Shown here piece by piece: positions 11,335 through 21,081 of a stretch of DNA of 64,000 bases. The stretch's first letter is position 1. The number at the start of each line of letters is the position of its first letter. The notes beneath the pieces were generated by a model, which worked only from the letters and a program-made list of their open reading frames with translations, was not told where the DNA came from and did not search any database. Origin of the DNA: an uncultured Chloroflexia bacterium (GTDB lineage: Bacteria; Chloroflexota; Limnocylindria; Limnocylindrales; CSP1-4); NCBI GenBank assembly GCA_963783055.1, contig CAWAMB010000004.1, positions 803,368-867,367 of the forward strand. The letters run 5' to 3'. The position numbers were made by a program, and so were the translations under genes.

Positions 11335-12732
11335 TCAGGCCAGCCGGGCGTAGTCGGCCGTCGAGCGCTTGAGGAACCGGCCGTGGCCCTTCGTCCCGGT
11401 GAAGGTTCCGTCGCGGACGATCACCGAGCCGCGGCTCAGGACGATGTCGGACCGGCCGGTCACCTGGCGCCCCTCGTAGCAGGAGTAGTCGACGTCCATG
11501 TGATGGGTCTTGGCGCTGATCGTCCGGCTCGCAGTCGGGTCGTACACGACGATGTCCGCGTCCGAGCCGACCGCGATCGTGCCCTTCTGCGGGAACATGC
11601 CGAACAGCTTGGCGGGCGCCGTGGAGATGATCTCGACCCAGCGCTCCTTGCTGATCCGGCCGCCCAGGACGCCGCCGTCGTGGAGCAGGTCGACCCGGTC
11701 CTCGACGCCGGGCAGGCCATTCGGGACCTTCCGGAAGTCGCCCCGCCCGAGCTCCTTCTGGCCGTGGAAGTCGAACGGGCAGTGGTCGGTCGCGACGAGC
11801 TGGAGGTCGTCCTTGATCAGGCCGGTCCACAGCTCGTCCTGGTGATCGGCCGAGCGGAGCGGCGGCGAGCAGACGAACTTGGCGCCCTCGAAGCCGTTGC
11901 CCATGTCGTCGATCGACAGGAACAGGTACTGGGGGCACGTCTCGGCGAAGGCCTGGGAGCCGCGGTCCCGGGCGTCGCGGACCGCCGTCAGCGCATCGCG
12001 GGCGGAGAGATGGACGATGTACACCGGGACCTGGGCGGCTTCCGCGAGGCGGATCACCCGGTTGGTTGCCTCGCCTTCGAAGATCGGATAGCGGGCGATG
12101 CCGTGGTAGAGCGGATCGGTCTTGCCGTCGGCGACGAGGTCCGCCGCGACGATGTCGATGGCCATCCCGTTTTCGGCGTGCATCATGATCAGGCCGCCGT
12201 TCTTGCCCGTCTGCTGCATCGCCCGGAAGATGGCGCCGTCGTCGCTGTAGAAGACGCCGGGGTAGGCCGTGAACAGCTTGAAGTCGGGGACGCCTTCCGC
12301 GACCAGCTGGTCCATCTCCTTGAGCGTGTCGTCGTTGACGTCGCTCATGATCATGTGGAACCCGTAGTCGGCGACGGCGTTGCCCTCGGCCTTCGCGTGC
12401 CATGCGTCGAGCCCGTCACGCAAGCTGCTGCCGCGGCTCTGGACGGCGAAGTCGACGATCGTGGTCGTCCCGCCGAAGGCCGCCGCCCGCGTCCCGCTCT
12501 CGAACGTGTCCTTGGCGGAGGTTCCGCCGAACGGGAGCTCCATGTGGGTGTGGACGTCGATCGCGCCGGGGATCAGCCAGCGGCCCTTGGCGTCGATCGT
12601 CTCGTCGGCGGTCACGCCGTTGGTCGCGAGGCTCGACCCGATCTGGGCGACGGTCTCGCCGTCGATCAGGACGTCAGCGGCGGTCGAGCCGTCGGCGGTG
12701 ACGATCGTCCCGTTCGTGATCAGGGTGCGCAT
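11335..12732 (-). CDS. hydA: Dihydropyrimidinase / D-hydantoinase
   Basis: MRTLITNGTIVTADG..., metal-binding DVHTHMELPF, the carboxylated-Lys region VPDFKLFTAYPG, and IMMHAENG. It is a full-length cyclic amidohydrolase. Confidence 0.9.
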   Translation of the reverse strand: MRTLITNGTIVTADGSTAADVLIDGETVAQIGSSLATNGVTADETIDAKGRWLIPGAIDVHTHMELPFGGTSAKDTFESGTRAAAFGGTTTIVDFAVQSRGSSLRDGLDAWHAKAEGNAVADYGFHMIMSDVNDDTLKEMDQLVAEGVPDFKLFTAYPGVFYSDDGAIFRAMQQTGKNGGLIMMHAENGMAIDIVAADLVADGKTDPLYHGIARYPIFEGEATNRVIRLAEAAQVPVYIVHLSARDALTAVRDARDRGSQAFAETCPQYLFLSIDDMGNGFEGAKFVCSPPLRSADHQDELWTGLIKDDLQLVATDHCPFDFHGQKELGRGDFRKVPNGLPGVEDRVDLLHDGGVLGGRISKERWVEIISTAPAKLFGMFPQKGTIAVGSDADIVVYDPTASRTISAKTHHMDVDYSCYEGRQVTGRSDIVLSRGSVIVRDGTFTGTKGHGRFLKRSTADYARLA

Positions 12733-12885
12733 CGATCCTCCTCCAGGCCCGGCTCGCGGATCGGCGGACGGGGCAGGGAACGAGGATAGCGAAGCGGCGG
12801 ATGCGGCACCGCGCCGGTCAGTCGGTCGCGCGGCGTCCGAGGGTTGCGTGGTCGGGAGCGGGTGCCGGGTGCGGAGCGACGGCGG

Positions 12886-13167
12886 TCAGGTCCGGCTGGC
12901 GTGCCGGATCCGGACCAGGGCCAGCAGCGTGGCGGAGGCCAGGATCGTCATCAGCGCGACCGCGAAGATCGGCCGGCCCTCACCCCGCAGCAGGAACTCC
13001 GGATCGAGCGTCGGCAGGCGGGTGGCGACAATCCCCAGGATCGCCACGATCGCGACCCAGGTCGCGAGCCGGACGAGGCGCTGCCGCGTCCGCTCGTGAC
13101 GGGCGCCCGCCCCGTCCATGTCCCAGTACGGATCGTGGCGGCGCAGCGTTTGGGTCAGTCGGGTCAC
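12886..13167 (-). CDS. Small hypothetical membrane protein (2 predicted TM helices)
   Basis: ORF 12886..13167(-) has hydrophobic segments LATWVAIVAILGIVA and IFAVALMTILASATLLALV. It sits between the LLM oxidoreductase and hydA on the same strand. No recognisable family. Confidence 0.4.
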   Translation of the reverse strand: MTRLTQTLRRHDPYWDMDGAGARHERTRQRLVRLATWVAIVAILGIVATRLPTLDPEFLLRGEGRPIFAVALMTILASATLLALVRIRHASRT

Positions 13168-13365
13168 GAGGAGGTCCTCCGGCGGTGTGGGTGCGGGGCA
13201 GGTCGATCGTGCTCCGTCAGGGCCTCGTCCGCCAGTCCTACGATCCGGCTAGGGACCCTCATCCAACTGCACCAGACCGGACTCGGCACGAGAACGGATC
13301 GGTGCGTTCGGGCACCGCCCGACGCGGGCCGCGCGGCGGCGGCGCCGCGATCCGGATGGCCGGCG

Positions 13366-14358
13366 TCAGGGGCGAAGTGCCGGGATGATCTCGCGCCCGT
13401 ACACCGCGAGGACGTCCTCCTCGTCGCCGTTCATCAGGTAGAGGTTGAACTGGTCGACGCCGACCTCTTCCAGACGCCGCAGCTTGGCGACGTGGTCCTC
13501 GACCGAGCCCAGGACGCAGAAGCGATCGGTGACCTCGTCGCCGACGAACCCGGCGTTCGACGAGCCGACCTCGGCGTGGTGGAGGTAGTCGTAGCCCTCT
13601 CGTTCGCGGATGTAGCCCGTCAGCGACTCGGGCAGCTCCTCGCGCGGGTACTTGGTGACGAGGTCGACGACGTGATTGCTGACGAGCGCCGGGAACCAGC
13701 GGGTCCGCTCCCGGCAGTCCGCGAGATCGCCGACGTGGGCCGGCGCTGCGGCCTGGATCCTGACCGAGCCGGCCGGCCGGCCGGCGGCGGCCTCGGCCGC
13801 CCGAACCTGGCCGGCGAACCAGGCGATGAGATCCGGGTCGGCGAGCTGGAGGATCACGCCGTCGGCGACGCGACCCGTCATCGCGAGGGCCATCGGGCCA
13901 TAGCCGGCGACCCAGACCGGCAGGTCCCAGCCCGCGGTCCAGGGGAAGTGCAGATCGGTGCCCTCGTACTCGATGTGGTCGCCGGCGACGAGCGCCCGGA
14001 TGACCCGGATCGCCTCCTCGAGCGTGGCCATCGTGGTCGGGGGCTTGCCGAGGACGCGACGAGCGGAGTCGCCGCGCCCGATCCCGAGATCCATGCGGCC
14101 GCCGCTGAGCTCGTCGAGTGTGGCCAGGGTCGACGCGGTCACGCTCGGCTCGCGCGTCGCGGGATTGGTGACGCACGTTCCGAGGCGCAGCGTGTCGGTC
14201 GCCTGGGCCATGAGCGTCAGGAGCGGGTACGGATCGCGCCACAGGACGTGGGAGTCGAACAGCCAGCCAGCGGTGAACCCGGCTGCCTCCGCCTGCCGGG
14301 TGAGGGCGACCGTCCGCTCGAGCGTGCTCTCGGGCTTGAGAGTGAATCCGAAGTCCAT
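13366..14358 (-). CDS. LLM class (luciferase-like) flavin/F420-dependent oxidoreductase, of the type commonly labelled TIGR03842 family
   Basis: MDFGFTLKPESTLERTVALTRQAEAAGFTAGWLFDSHVLW...RLGTCVTNPATREP...GRMDLGIGRGDS is the mer/LLM fold pattern. ATG at 14358. The longer track ORF 13366..16371 is an artefact. Confidence 0.85.
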   Translation of the reverse strand: MDFGFTLKPESTLERTVALTRQAEAAGFTAGWLFDSHVLWRDPYPLLTLMAQATDTLRLGTCVTNPATREPSVTASTLATLDELSGGRMDLGIGRGDSARRVLGKPPTTMATLEEAIRVIRALVAGDHIEYEGTDLHFPWTAGWDLPVWVAGYGPMALAMTGRVADGVILQLADPDLIAWFAGQVRAAEAAAGRPAGSVRIQAAAPAHVGDLADCRERTRWFPALVSNHVVDLVTKYPREELPESLTGYIREREGYDYLHHAEVGSSNAGFVGDEVTDRFCVLGSVEDHVAKLRRLEEVGVDQFNLYLMNGDEEDVLAVYGREIIPALRP

Positions 14359-14378
14359 GGGCCGCCTCCGCCTTACGC

Positions 14379-15230
14379 CTAGGGTCGGACCAGGTCCGCG
14401 TACGCGTCGGGCCGGCGATCGCGGTAGAACTGCCAGGTCTGGCGGACCTCGGTGATGAGGTCGAGGTCCATGTCGCGGACGATCAGCTCCTCGTCGTGGG
14501 CCGATCCCAGCTCGCCGATGAACTGGCCGCGCGGGTTCACGAAGTAGCTCTGGCCGTAGAAGTCGTCGTCGCCGTAGTCCTTCTCGATCCCGACCCGGTT
14601 GATCGTTCCGACGTAGTAGCCGTTGGCGACGGCGTGGCTGACCTGCTCGATCCGCCACAGGTATTCCGACAGCCCGCGCGAGGTCGCGCTCGGGATGAAG
14701 ACCATCTCGGCCCCGTTCAGGCCAAGGGCGCGCGCACCTTCGGGAAAGTGGCGGTCGTAGCAGATGTAGACGCCGACCTTGCCGACAGCGGTCTCGAACA
14801 CCGGGTAGCCGGTGTTGCCGGGCCGGAAGTAGAACTTCTCCCAGAAGCCCTTCACGTGCGGGATGTGCGTCTTGCGGTACTTGCCCAGGTACTTCCCGTC
14901 GGCGTCGATCACGGCCGCGGTGTTGTAGTAGATCCCCGACGCGGTCCCGTCTTCCTCGTACATCGGGACCACGAGCACCATGCCCGTCTCCTTGGCGAGG
15001 GCCTGCATCCGAACGGTGGTCGGGCCGTCGGGGATCAGCTCGGTGTAGCTGTAGTACTGCGGATCCTGCACCTGGCAGAAGTACGGTCCGTAGAACAGCT
15101 CCTGGAAGAGCATGACCTGGGCGCCCTGCTTGCTCGCGTCGTGGGCGGCCTGCTCGTGCTTCTGGATCATCGATTCCTTGTCGCCGGTCCAGCTGGCCTG
15201 GAGAAGAGCCCCTCGAACGTTGCGCGCCAT
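14379..15230 (-). CDS. Beta-ureidopropionase / N-carbamoyl-beta-alanine amidohydrolase (nitrilase superfamily)
   Basis: MARNVRGALLQASWTGDKESMIQKH.... The Glu-Lys-Cys triad contexts are MLFQELF, KYRKTHIP and VYICYDRHFPE. Confidence 0.85.
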   Translation of the reverse strand: MARNVRGALLQASWTGDKESMIQKHEQAAHDASKQGAQVMLFQELFYGPYFCQVQDPQYYSYTELIPDGPTTVRMQALAKETGMVLVVPMYEEDGTASGIYYNTAAVIDADGKYLGKYRKTHIPHVKGFWEKFYFRPGNTGYPVFETAVGKVGVYICYDRHFPEGARALGLNGAEMVFIPSATSRGLSEYLWRIEQVSHAVANGYYVGTINRVGIEKDYGDDDFYGQSYFVNPRGQFIGELGSAHDEELIVRDMDLDLITEVRQTWQFYRDRRPDAYADLVRP

Positions 15231-15516
15231 GGCGTCCCTCACTCGAACGGGTCGATGCGGTCGGAAGAAGGGGAGGGTACAACGACGACCCGCGCGAAGG
15301 CGTCCTCGATCCGTGCCTCCTCGTCCGTGCTGCGGTTGCAACGACGCTGCGACCCGCCTGCGTTCGGATGGAGTGGTGACGCCCGCGCAGCGAGCCGAGA
15401 CTGACCTGGTGACGTTGCTCGAACGCCGACCTCGATCGGCACCGACCCAACCCAACCCGGACCCCGTGGCGGCCGTGACGGGTCGTGCCGTCGACGCGAC
15501 GGCTGAAGCAGGCCGG

Positions 15517-16275
15517 ATGGTCGCGCGGGCCGGCAGGGCAGTGGCGTCGGCGGGCGCCGCGGCGCAGAGTGCGGCACTTCCGCGCCGGGCGGCCCTCGCC
15601 CGAGGCCGCGGACCGGTTGCCGCCGCCATCGCCGGGTTGGCGGGATTCCTCGCGATCTTCGGCGTGGTCCGGGCCCGCCGAACCGAAGCGTTCGACGCCG
15701 CCGTCACCCTCCGGATGCAGCGCTTCCGTCACGCGTGGCTCGATCGTCTGATGGCGATCGCGTCGTGGCCGGGCTTCCCGCCGCAGAGCCGGATCATCCC
15801 GCCCGCGCTGATCGGTGGGCTGTGGCTGCTCCGGTTCCGAACGGAGGCGGCGTTCCTGGCCGTCGGCTGGGGGACCGGTGCCCTCTCGACGGTGCTCAAG
15901 GCGGGCATGCAGCGGCCGCGACCGGTGGCCGGGACGGACCTGCGCGTCATCGCGGCGCCGCTCGGCGGCTCGAGCTTTCCGAGTGGCCACGTGATCACCT
16001 ACGTCGGGACTTACGGCTTCCTTGCCTACCTCGCGAACACCCTGCCGCGCGACCCGGTCGTCCGCGCCGCCGCCGGCGCCGGGTTGGTGACGATGGTCCT
16101 GCTCGTCGGGCCGAGCCGGATCTACCAGGGCCACCACTGGCCGACCGACGTCAGCGCGTCCTACCTGCTCGGGACCACCTACCTGGTCGCGACGATCCTC
16201 GCCTACCGCAGCGTGAAGGAGCGCGAGGGGATCCGCGGTGATGTCGCGGCGCTGGTCGACGGGCGCGGTCGGTGA
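15517..16275 (+). CDS. PAP2 family phosphatase (phosphatidic acid / undecaprenyl-PP phosphatase-like)
   Basis: All three PAP2 motifs are present: KAGMQRPRP, PSGH and SRIYQGHHWPTD. The start is uncertain (ATG at 15517, or an upstream GTG near 15373). Confidence 0.75.
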   Translation: MVARAGRAVASAGAAAQSAALPRRAALARGRGPVAAAIAGLAGFLAIFGVVRARRTEAFDAAVTLRMQRFRHAWLDRLMAIASWPGFPPQSRIIPPALIGGLWLLRFRTEAAFLAVGWGTGALSTVLKAGMQRPRPVAGTDLRVIAAPLGGSSFPSGHVITYVGTYGFLAYLANTLPRDPVVRAAAGAGLVTMVLLVGPSRIYQGHHWPTDVSASYLLGTTYLVATILAYRSVKEREGIRGDVAALVDGRGR

Positions 16276-17336
16276 TCGACCCGACTCCGTCGAGGACGTC
16301 GACCACGCCGGACTCGCCGTCGACGGCTCTCGACGCCGACGTCCCCAACGCCGGCGCCGGCGCGGGCTCACCTCGCGAGGCGGCGCCGGCGGACCGCCCG
16401 CCGCGCTGGACGCCTTCCCGCGTCCGGGTGATCTGGAACCCGGCGTCCGGCTCGAAGGGCGCCATCCAGGTGTCCGCGGCCGACGAGGACCTGGTCCGCG
16501 GACTGATGGCGCATGCCGGTCTGGGGAGCGATCTCGTCATCGCCACGAGCGCGAGCGACGTCGAGGCCGCGGCGCGCGACGCGGTCCGTGGCGCGATCGA
16601 GCTCGTCGTCGCGGCCGGCGGCGATGGCACCGTTGCGCTGGTCGCCAACCAGCTGCTGGGCCAGGAAACGGCCCTCGCCATCCTGCCGTTCGGGAGCGTG
16701 ATGAACATCGCCCGGAGCCTCGGCATTCCGCGCGACCCCGAGGCCGCGGCCGACGTCATCGCCACCGGCGATGTGGCCGCAATCGACGTGGGCGAGGTCG
16801 CCGGCCGGCCGTTCTATGAGACCGGGTCGGTGGGGATGAACGCCGCGATGTTCCGCGAGGCGGAGCGATTCGATACCGGTGCCTGGTCGTCGATCGCCAA
16901 GACCCTGTGGGTGGCGTTCCGGTATCGACCGGCCCGGATGTCGATCGATCTTGACGGCCGCCAGATCCGGACCCGGGCCCTGATGGTCACGGTGTCGAAC
17001 GGGCCGTACACGGGTGCGGGCATGACCGTGGCGCCGGGGGCTCGGCTCGACGACGGGCAATTCGATATCCGGGTCTTCCGTCGGTTCTCGAAGATCCGGC
17101 TGCTGCGCCACCTGGTGTCGATCGCCTTCGGCCGCTACCGCTACGCCCCTGAGGTCGACACCTACCGGTCTCGGCAGGTCCGGATCGAGAGCCGCCATCC
17201 CCTCCCGGCCCGAGCCGACTCCCACGATCTCGAGACGACGCCGGTCGCGTTCACGACCCGACCCGCAGCCCTGCGCGTCGTCGTTCCGGCCGCTCCTTCG
17301 GACCGCCCGACGACTGACGGCGCGACCGGCGGCTGA
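16272..17336 (+). CDS. Diacylglycerol kinase family lipid kinase (YegS/BmrU-like)
   Basis: VIWNPASGSKG, VAAGGDGTVALVANQL and PFGSVMNIARSLGIP. The start overlaps the PAP2 stop. Confidence 0.8.
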   Translation: MIDPTPSRTSTTPDSPSTALDADVPNAGAGAGSPREAAPADRPPRWTPSRVRVIWNPASGSKGAIQVSAADEDLVRGLMAHAGLGSDLVIATSASDVEAAARDAVRGAIELVVAAGGDGTVALVANQLLGQETALAILPFGSVMNIARSLGIPRDPEAAADVIATGDVAAIDVGEVAGRPFYETGSVGMNAAMFREAERFDTGAWSSIAKTLWVAFRYRPARMSIDLDGRQIRTRALMVTVSNGPYTGAGMTVAPGARLDDGQFDIRVFRRFSKIRLLRHLVSIAFGRYRYAPEVDTYRSRQVRIESRHPLPARADSHDLETTPVAFTTRPAALRVVVPAAPSDRPTTDGATGG

Positions 17337-17472
17337 TCCGTCCTCCTTACCGGCCGTTTACCTCCGAAGGGGTCGTTGGAGGCGACTCGCCGGAGGATGC
17401 GGGGTAGGGTCGAGCCAGGTCGACCTCGCCGATGCGGGGGACGCCGGGCCAAGCACGTAGCGAGAGGACGGG

Positions 17473-18075
17473 ATGACGATGCACCACGCGCCCACGAACC
17501 ACGCCCCGCAATCCGGCATGCGGCAGACCGGCGGTCGACGTCGGTCGGCGACCTTCGGACTCGGGCTGATCGCGATCATCGCCGGGCTCATCGCTCCGGC
17601 GAGCGCCTTCGCCGCCACGCCGACGGTCGCGGCGACCGACGGCTCGACTGCCGCTGCCTGTACCGGTGGCGCATGGCCCTGGGCCGTCCAGGGCGCCCCA
17701 CGGTTCGCTGCCGGCTCGGCCGCGGGCCTGCGCCTGTGGCACAGCGCGACTGGCTGGCACCTCCGGGTCACCCATCCCGGGACGTACCTTGCCGGGTTCA
17801 GCGGGACCGTCCGGGCCAACAAGCCGCTTCATGTGACCGGCTACAAGCTCGAGACCGAGGACATCTTCACCGTCAGCGCCGACGGCCTCACCGTCTCGTA
17901 CCGGTTCAAGAATCACGGTGGCCTCGACGGCCTCGACTTCACGACCGAGTGCGCGACCCGGCTGGGCGTGAGCTCCCGAATGAACGGGGTGCTCCTGCCG
18001 GCTCGTCGGATCTGGGTCGGCCACACCGGCCGGCACCCCCTCGGCAACCCGTTCGCGATCCTGCGCCGGGCCTGA
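17473..18075 (+). CDS. Secreted hypothetical protein (Tat/Sec-type signal peptide)
   Basis: GGRRRSATFGLGLIAIIAGLIAPASAFA is followed by a beta-rich mature region. No recognisable family. Confidence 0.55.
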   Translation: MTMHHAPTNHAPQSGMRQTGGRRRSATFGLGLIAIIAGLIAPASAFAATPTVAATDGSTAAACTGGAWPWAVQGAPRFAAGSAAGLRLWHSATGWHLRVTHPGTYLAGFSGTVRANKPLHVTGYKLETEDIFTVSADGLTVSYRFKNHGGLDGLDFTTECATRLGVSSRMNGVLLPARRIWVGHTGRHPLGNPFAILRRA

Positions 18076-18162
18076 CCGCCGGGGAGGCCATCGCCTCCGA
18101 TCGATGAACCCGAAGACCGGGCGGTCCGCTCACCGGACCGCCCGGTCTCTTCGCGTCCCGCG

Positions 18163-18552
18163 TCAGCGTTTCGGGTTCTGCGGGTGCTCCATGTACCACT
18201 CGCGGAAGTCGTTGCAGCGGCCGTCGGCGTCGAAGCGGCACACGAAGATGTTGCTGAACGTGTTGCCGTCGGCCGGGTAGCGCGACTCACCGGTCGCGAC
18301 CGCGACGTCGCCGTCGATCGCCAGGGGCCGGTATTCGGCCTCCCACGTTCCGGGCGCATCGGGATCCTCGAGCCAGTCGGCGGCGATCGCCTCGCGGCCA
18401 CGGACCGGGTCGCGGTACGGCCCGTACGAGTAGGTGGCATCCGGGCTGAACAGGGCCTCGATGTCGGCCCGGTCGTTGGAGCGCCAGGCGGCGACGTAGC
18501 GGTCCAGCCAGGCCTGGAAGGCGGGGTGATCCACGGCGTGTCCTCCGAACAT
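18163..18552 (-). CDS. SnoaL-like / NTF2 family protein
   Basis: HPAFQAWLDRYVAAWRSNDRADIEALFSPDATYSYGPY...NIFVCRFDADGRCNDFREWY. The start is ATG at 18552, or up to 18573. Confidence 0.7.
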   Translation of the reverse strand: MFGGHAVDHPAFQAWLDRYVAAWRSNDRADIEALFSPDATYSYGPYRDPVRGREAIAADWLEDPDAPGTWEAEYRPLAIDGDVAVATGESRYPADGNTFSNIFVCRFDADGRCNDFREWYMEHPQNPKR

Positions 18553-18781
18553 GTAACCAGTTCGCGACATCATACAGGTTACGGACGTGGCGTCAACCGG
18601 GAGGCGGCACCAGGTCCCATGGCGGAGCCGGACGAGTGCATCGGTATGGGACAATCGAACCTGATCGATCTGAAGCCGGCTGACGCCGGACGACCGGGTC
18701 GTTGAACTGAGATTCTCCCGTTGTCGCCCCGAGGGCCGCACCTCTCGACGGCGCTACCAACCACACCGAGGTCACCCGCCC

Positions 18782-20116
18782 ATGGCCGTCGACACCAGCG
18801 CCCCGATGTCCACCGAGGAGATCGTCCGGCTGTCCCGCGCCCACACCTTCTTCTCCTGGTCGGCCCAGGGCGCGATCGATCCGATCGCGATCGATCGAGC
18901 TGAAGGCGTGTACCTCTACACCCCGGAAGGTCAGCGGATCCTCGACTTCAACAGCCAGCTGATGTCGGTCAACATCGGTCATGGCGACCGGCGCGTGATC
19001 GACGCGATCACGGCCCAGGCGACGAAGCTCCAGTACGTCCAGCCGGCGTTCGCCACGGAGCCGCGCGCTCGCCTCGGGGCCAAGCTGGCCGAGATCCTGC
19101 CGGGCGACCTCGACAAGGTGTTCTTCACGCTCGGCGGGGCCGAGGCGATCGAGAACGCGATCAAGCTGGCCCGCGCCTACACCGGCCGCCACAAGATCCT
19201 CGCCCGCTACCGGGCCTACCACGGGGCCACCCTCGGGGCGATGACGCTGACCGGCGACCCGCGTCGCTGGGCCAACGAGCCGGCCCTGGTCGGCGTGGTC
19301 CGCTACCCCGACACCCACCGCTGGGGCGAGGCCGAGTCGCGGACCGCCGCCGAGGCCCTCCAGGGCCTCGAGGACGTGATCCGCTACGAAGGCGCGCACA
19401 CGATCGCGGCGATCTTCCTCGAGACGATCGTCGGCACGAACGGGATCCTCATCCCGCCCGACGGCTACATCCAGGGCGTCCGCGAGCTGTGCGACCGGCA
19501 CGGCATCCTGATGGTCGCCGACGAGGTGATGGCCGGGTTCGGGCGGACGGGCAAGTGGTTCGCGATCGAGCACTGGGACACCGTCCCGGACCTGCTGACG
19601 ATGGCCAAGGGCCTGACCTCGTCGTACCTGCCCCTCGGCGGCGTGGCGATGAACCACAAGATCGCCGAGCACTTCGACACGAACTTCTACTACGGCGGCC
19701 TGACCTACTCGAGCCACGCGATCTCGTGCGCGGCAGCCCTCGCCAACATCGCGGTCTACGAGGAGGACGGCCTGATCGAGAACGCCGCCCGGCTCGACAC
19801 CGTGATGCGCCGCCATCACGAGGAGCTGGCCGCGAACCATCCGTCGGTCGGCGCCCACCGCAACCTCGGGCTGTTCGGGATCCTCGACCTGGTCCGGAGT
19901 CGCGACCCGTGGACGCCGCTCACGCCGTTCAACGGCACGAGCGACGAGATGAAGGCGATCGGGAAGTACCTCCGCGAGCACGGCGTGTACGCGATGATCG
20001 CCAACAACTCGATCCACACGAACCCGCCGCTGTGCATCACCGAGGAGCAGCTCGGCGAGGGCTTCGCGGTCATCGACGCGGCGCTCGACATCGCCGACCA
20101 GGCGGTGACCGGCTAG
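18782..20116 (+). CDS. Class III PLP-dependent aminotransferase (omega-amino acid / beta-alanine:pyruvate type)
   Basis: LMVADEVMAGFGRTGKWFA and the PLP-lysine context LTMAKGLTSSYLPLG. Full length, 444 aa. Confidence 0.9.
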   Translation: MAVDTSAPMSTEEIVRLSRAHTFFSWSAQGAIDPIAIDRAEGVYLYTPEGQRILDFNSQLMSVNIGHGDRRVIDAITAQATKLQYVQPAFATEPRARLGAKLAEILPGDLDKVFFTLGGAEAIENAIKLARAYTGRHKILARYRAYHGATLGAMTLTGDPRRWANEPALVGVVRYPDTHRWGEAESRTAAEALQGLEDVIRYEGAHTIAAIFLETIVGTNGILIPPDGYIQGVRELCDRHGILMVADEVMAGFGRTGKWFAIEHWDTVPDLLTMAKGLTSSYLPLGGVAMNHKIAEHFDTNFYYGGLTYSSHAISCAAALANIAVYEEDGLIENAARLDTVMRRHHEELAANHPSVGAHRNLGLFGILDLVRSRDPWTPLTPFNGTSDEMKAIGKYLREHGVYAMIANNSIHTNPPLCITEEQLGEGFAVIDAALDIADQAVTG

Positions 20117-20120
20117 GCCG

Positions 20121-21056
20121 ATGGCGACCGCGACGGCGACCCGAGGCGGGCGGACCGCCGTCGCGCCGGATCGTCCGGCCGCCGGTCGGCGTCGCCGCGC
20201 TCTGACCTGGATCTTCGTCCTCGTCGGCGTCCTCGTCGTCTGGGAGGGGCTGAAGTTCCTCGGCGGGACGCCGTGGCGAGCTCCGGGCGCCCTGCCCGGC
20301 CCGAACAACCCCGCGTTCTGGAACCCACCGTTCCGCTGGGCATTCGTCAACGACCTCAACCTGCCCCACGTCTGGAACATCGTCCTCGCGTTCCTCGAGC
20401 CGTGGCAGCGTGGCGCCGATCGCAATGTCGCCCAGTTCCTGTTTGACGCGGCGCTCTTCACCTGGCGCTCGGCGGCGCTCGGCTTCGTGTGCGGCGCCGC
20501 GATCGGGCTGATTCTCGCGACCGTCTTCGTCCACTCGCGCGTCCTGGAGCGGGCGTTCGTGCCCTACGTCGTCGCCAGCCAGACGGTGCCGATCATCGCG
20601 ATCGCGCCGATGATCACGTACGCCTTCGGCGGCAACGTCGCGTCCGTGGTCGTGATCGCCACCTACCTCACGTTCTTCCCGGTGACGATCGCGATGATCC
20701 GCGGCCTGCGCGCCCTGGACCCGCGGGCCCTCGAGCTGACCCGGTCCTACGCCGCCTCGCCCTGGGACGTCTATCGCAAGCTCCGCCTGCCGGCCTCGCT
20801 GCCGTACCTCTTCACCGCCCTCAAGATCGCGGCGACCGCGAGCATCGTCGGGACGATCATCGGCGAGGGACCGGGCGGCATCGCCAATGGCCTCGGGCGG
20901 GTGCTCGACACCTACAACCAGTACTACATCACCGGCCCCGAGAAGCTGTGGGCGGCGATCATCGTCTGCGGCCTGCTCGGGATCGCCTTCTACCTCGTCG
21001 TCCGCGCCATCGAGGTCTACGTCCTCCGCGGTCGGCCCGGGGCCTCCGACGGATGA
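20121..21056 (+). CDS. ABC transporter permease (NitT/TauT-type)
   Basis: Six-TM BPD-type permease with the EAA-like region LTRSYAASPWDVYRKLRLPASLPYLF. Confidence 0.85.
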   Translation: MATATATRGGRTAVAPDRPAAGRRRRALTWIFVLVGVLVVWEGLKFLGGTPWRAPGALPGPNNPAFWNPPFRWAFVNDLNLPHVWNIVLAFLEPWQRGADRNVAQFLFDAALFTWRSAALGFVCGAAIGLILATVFVHSRVLERAFVPYVVASQTVPIIAIAPMITYAFGGNVASVVVIATYLTFFPVTIAMIRGLRALDPRALELTRSYAASPWDVYRKLRLPASLPYLFTALKIAATASIVGTIIGEGPGGIANGLGRVLDTYNQYYITGPEKLWAAIIVCGLLGIAFYLVVRAIEVYVLRGRPGASDG

Positions 21057-21081
21057 CGATCGAGACAGGAGCCACCACACG

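Noticed and set aside
10433-12403. 656-aa ORF (minus) suggesting a large protein.
   Set aside because: Only the last 136 codons (the STAS protein) are meaningful. The remainder is an out-of-frame read through the RsbW-like and hydA genes.
13366-16371. 1001-aa ORF (minus).
   Set aside because: Only the C-terminal 330 codons (the LLM oxidoreductase, starting at MDFGFTL) are real. The upstream part is a shadow frame across the ureidopropionase and PAP2 genes.
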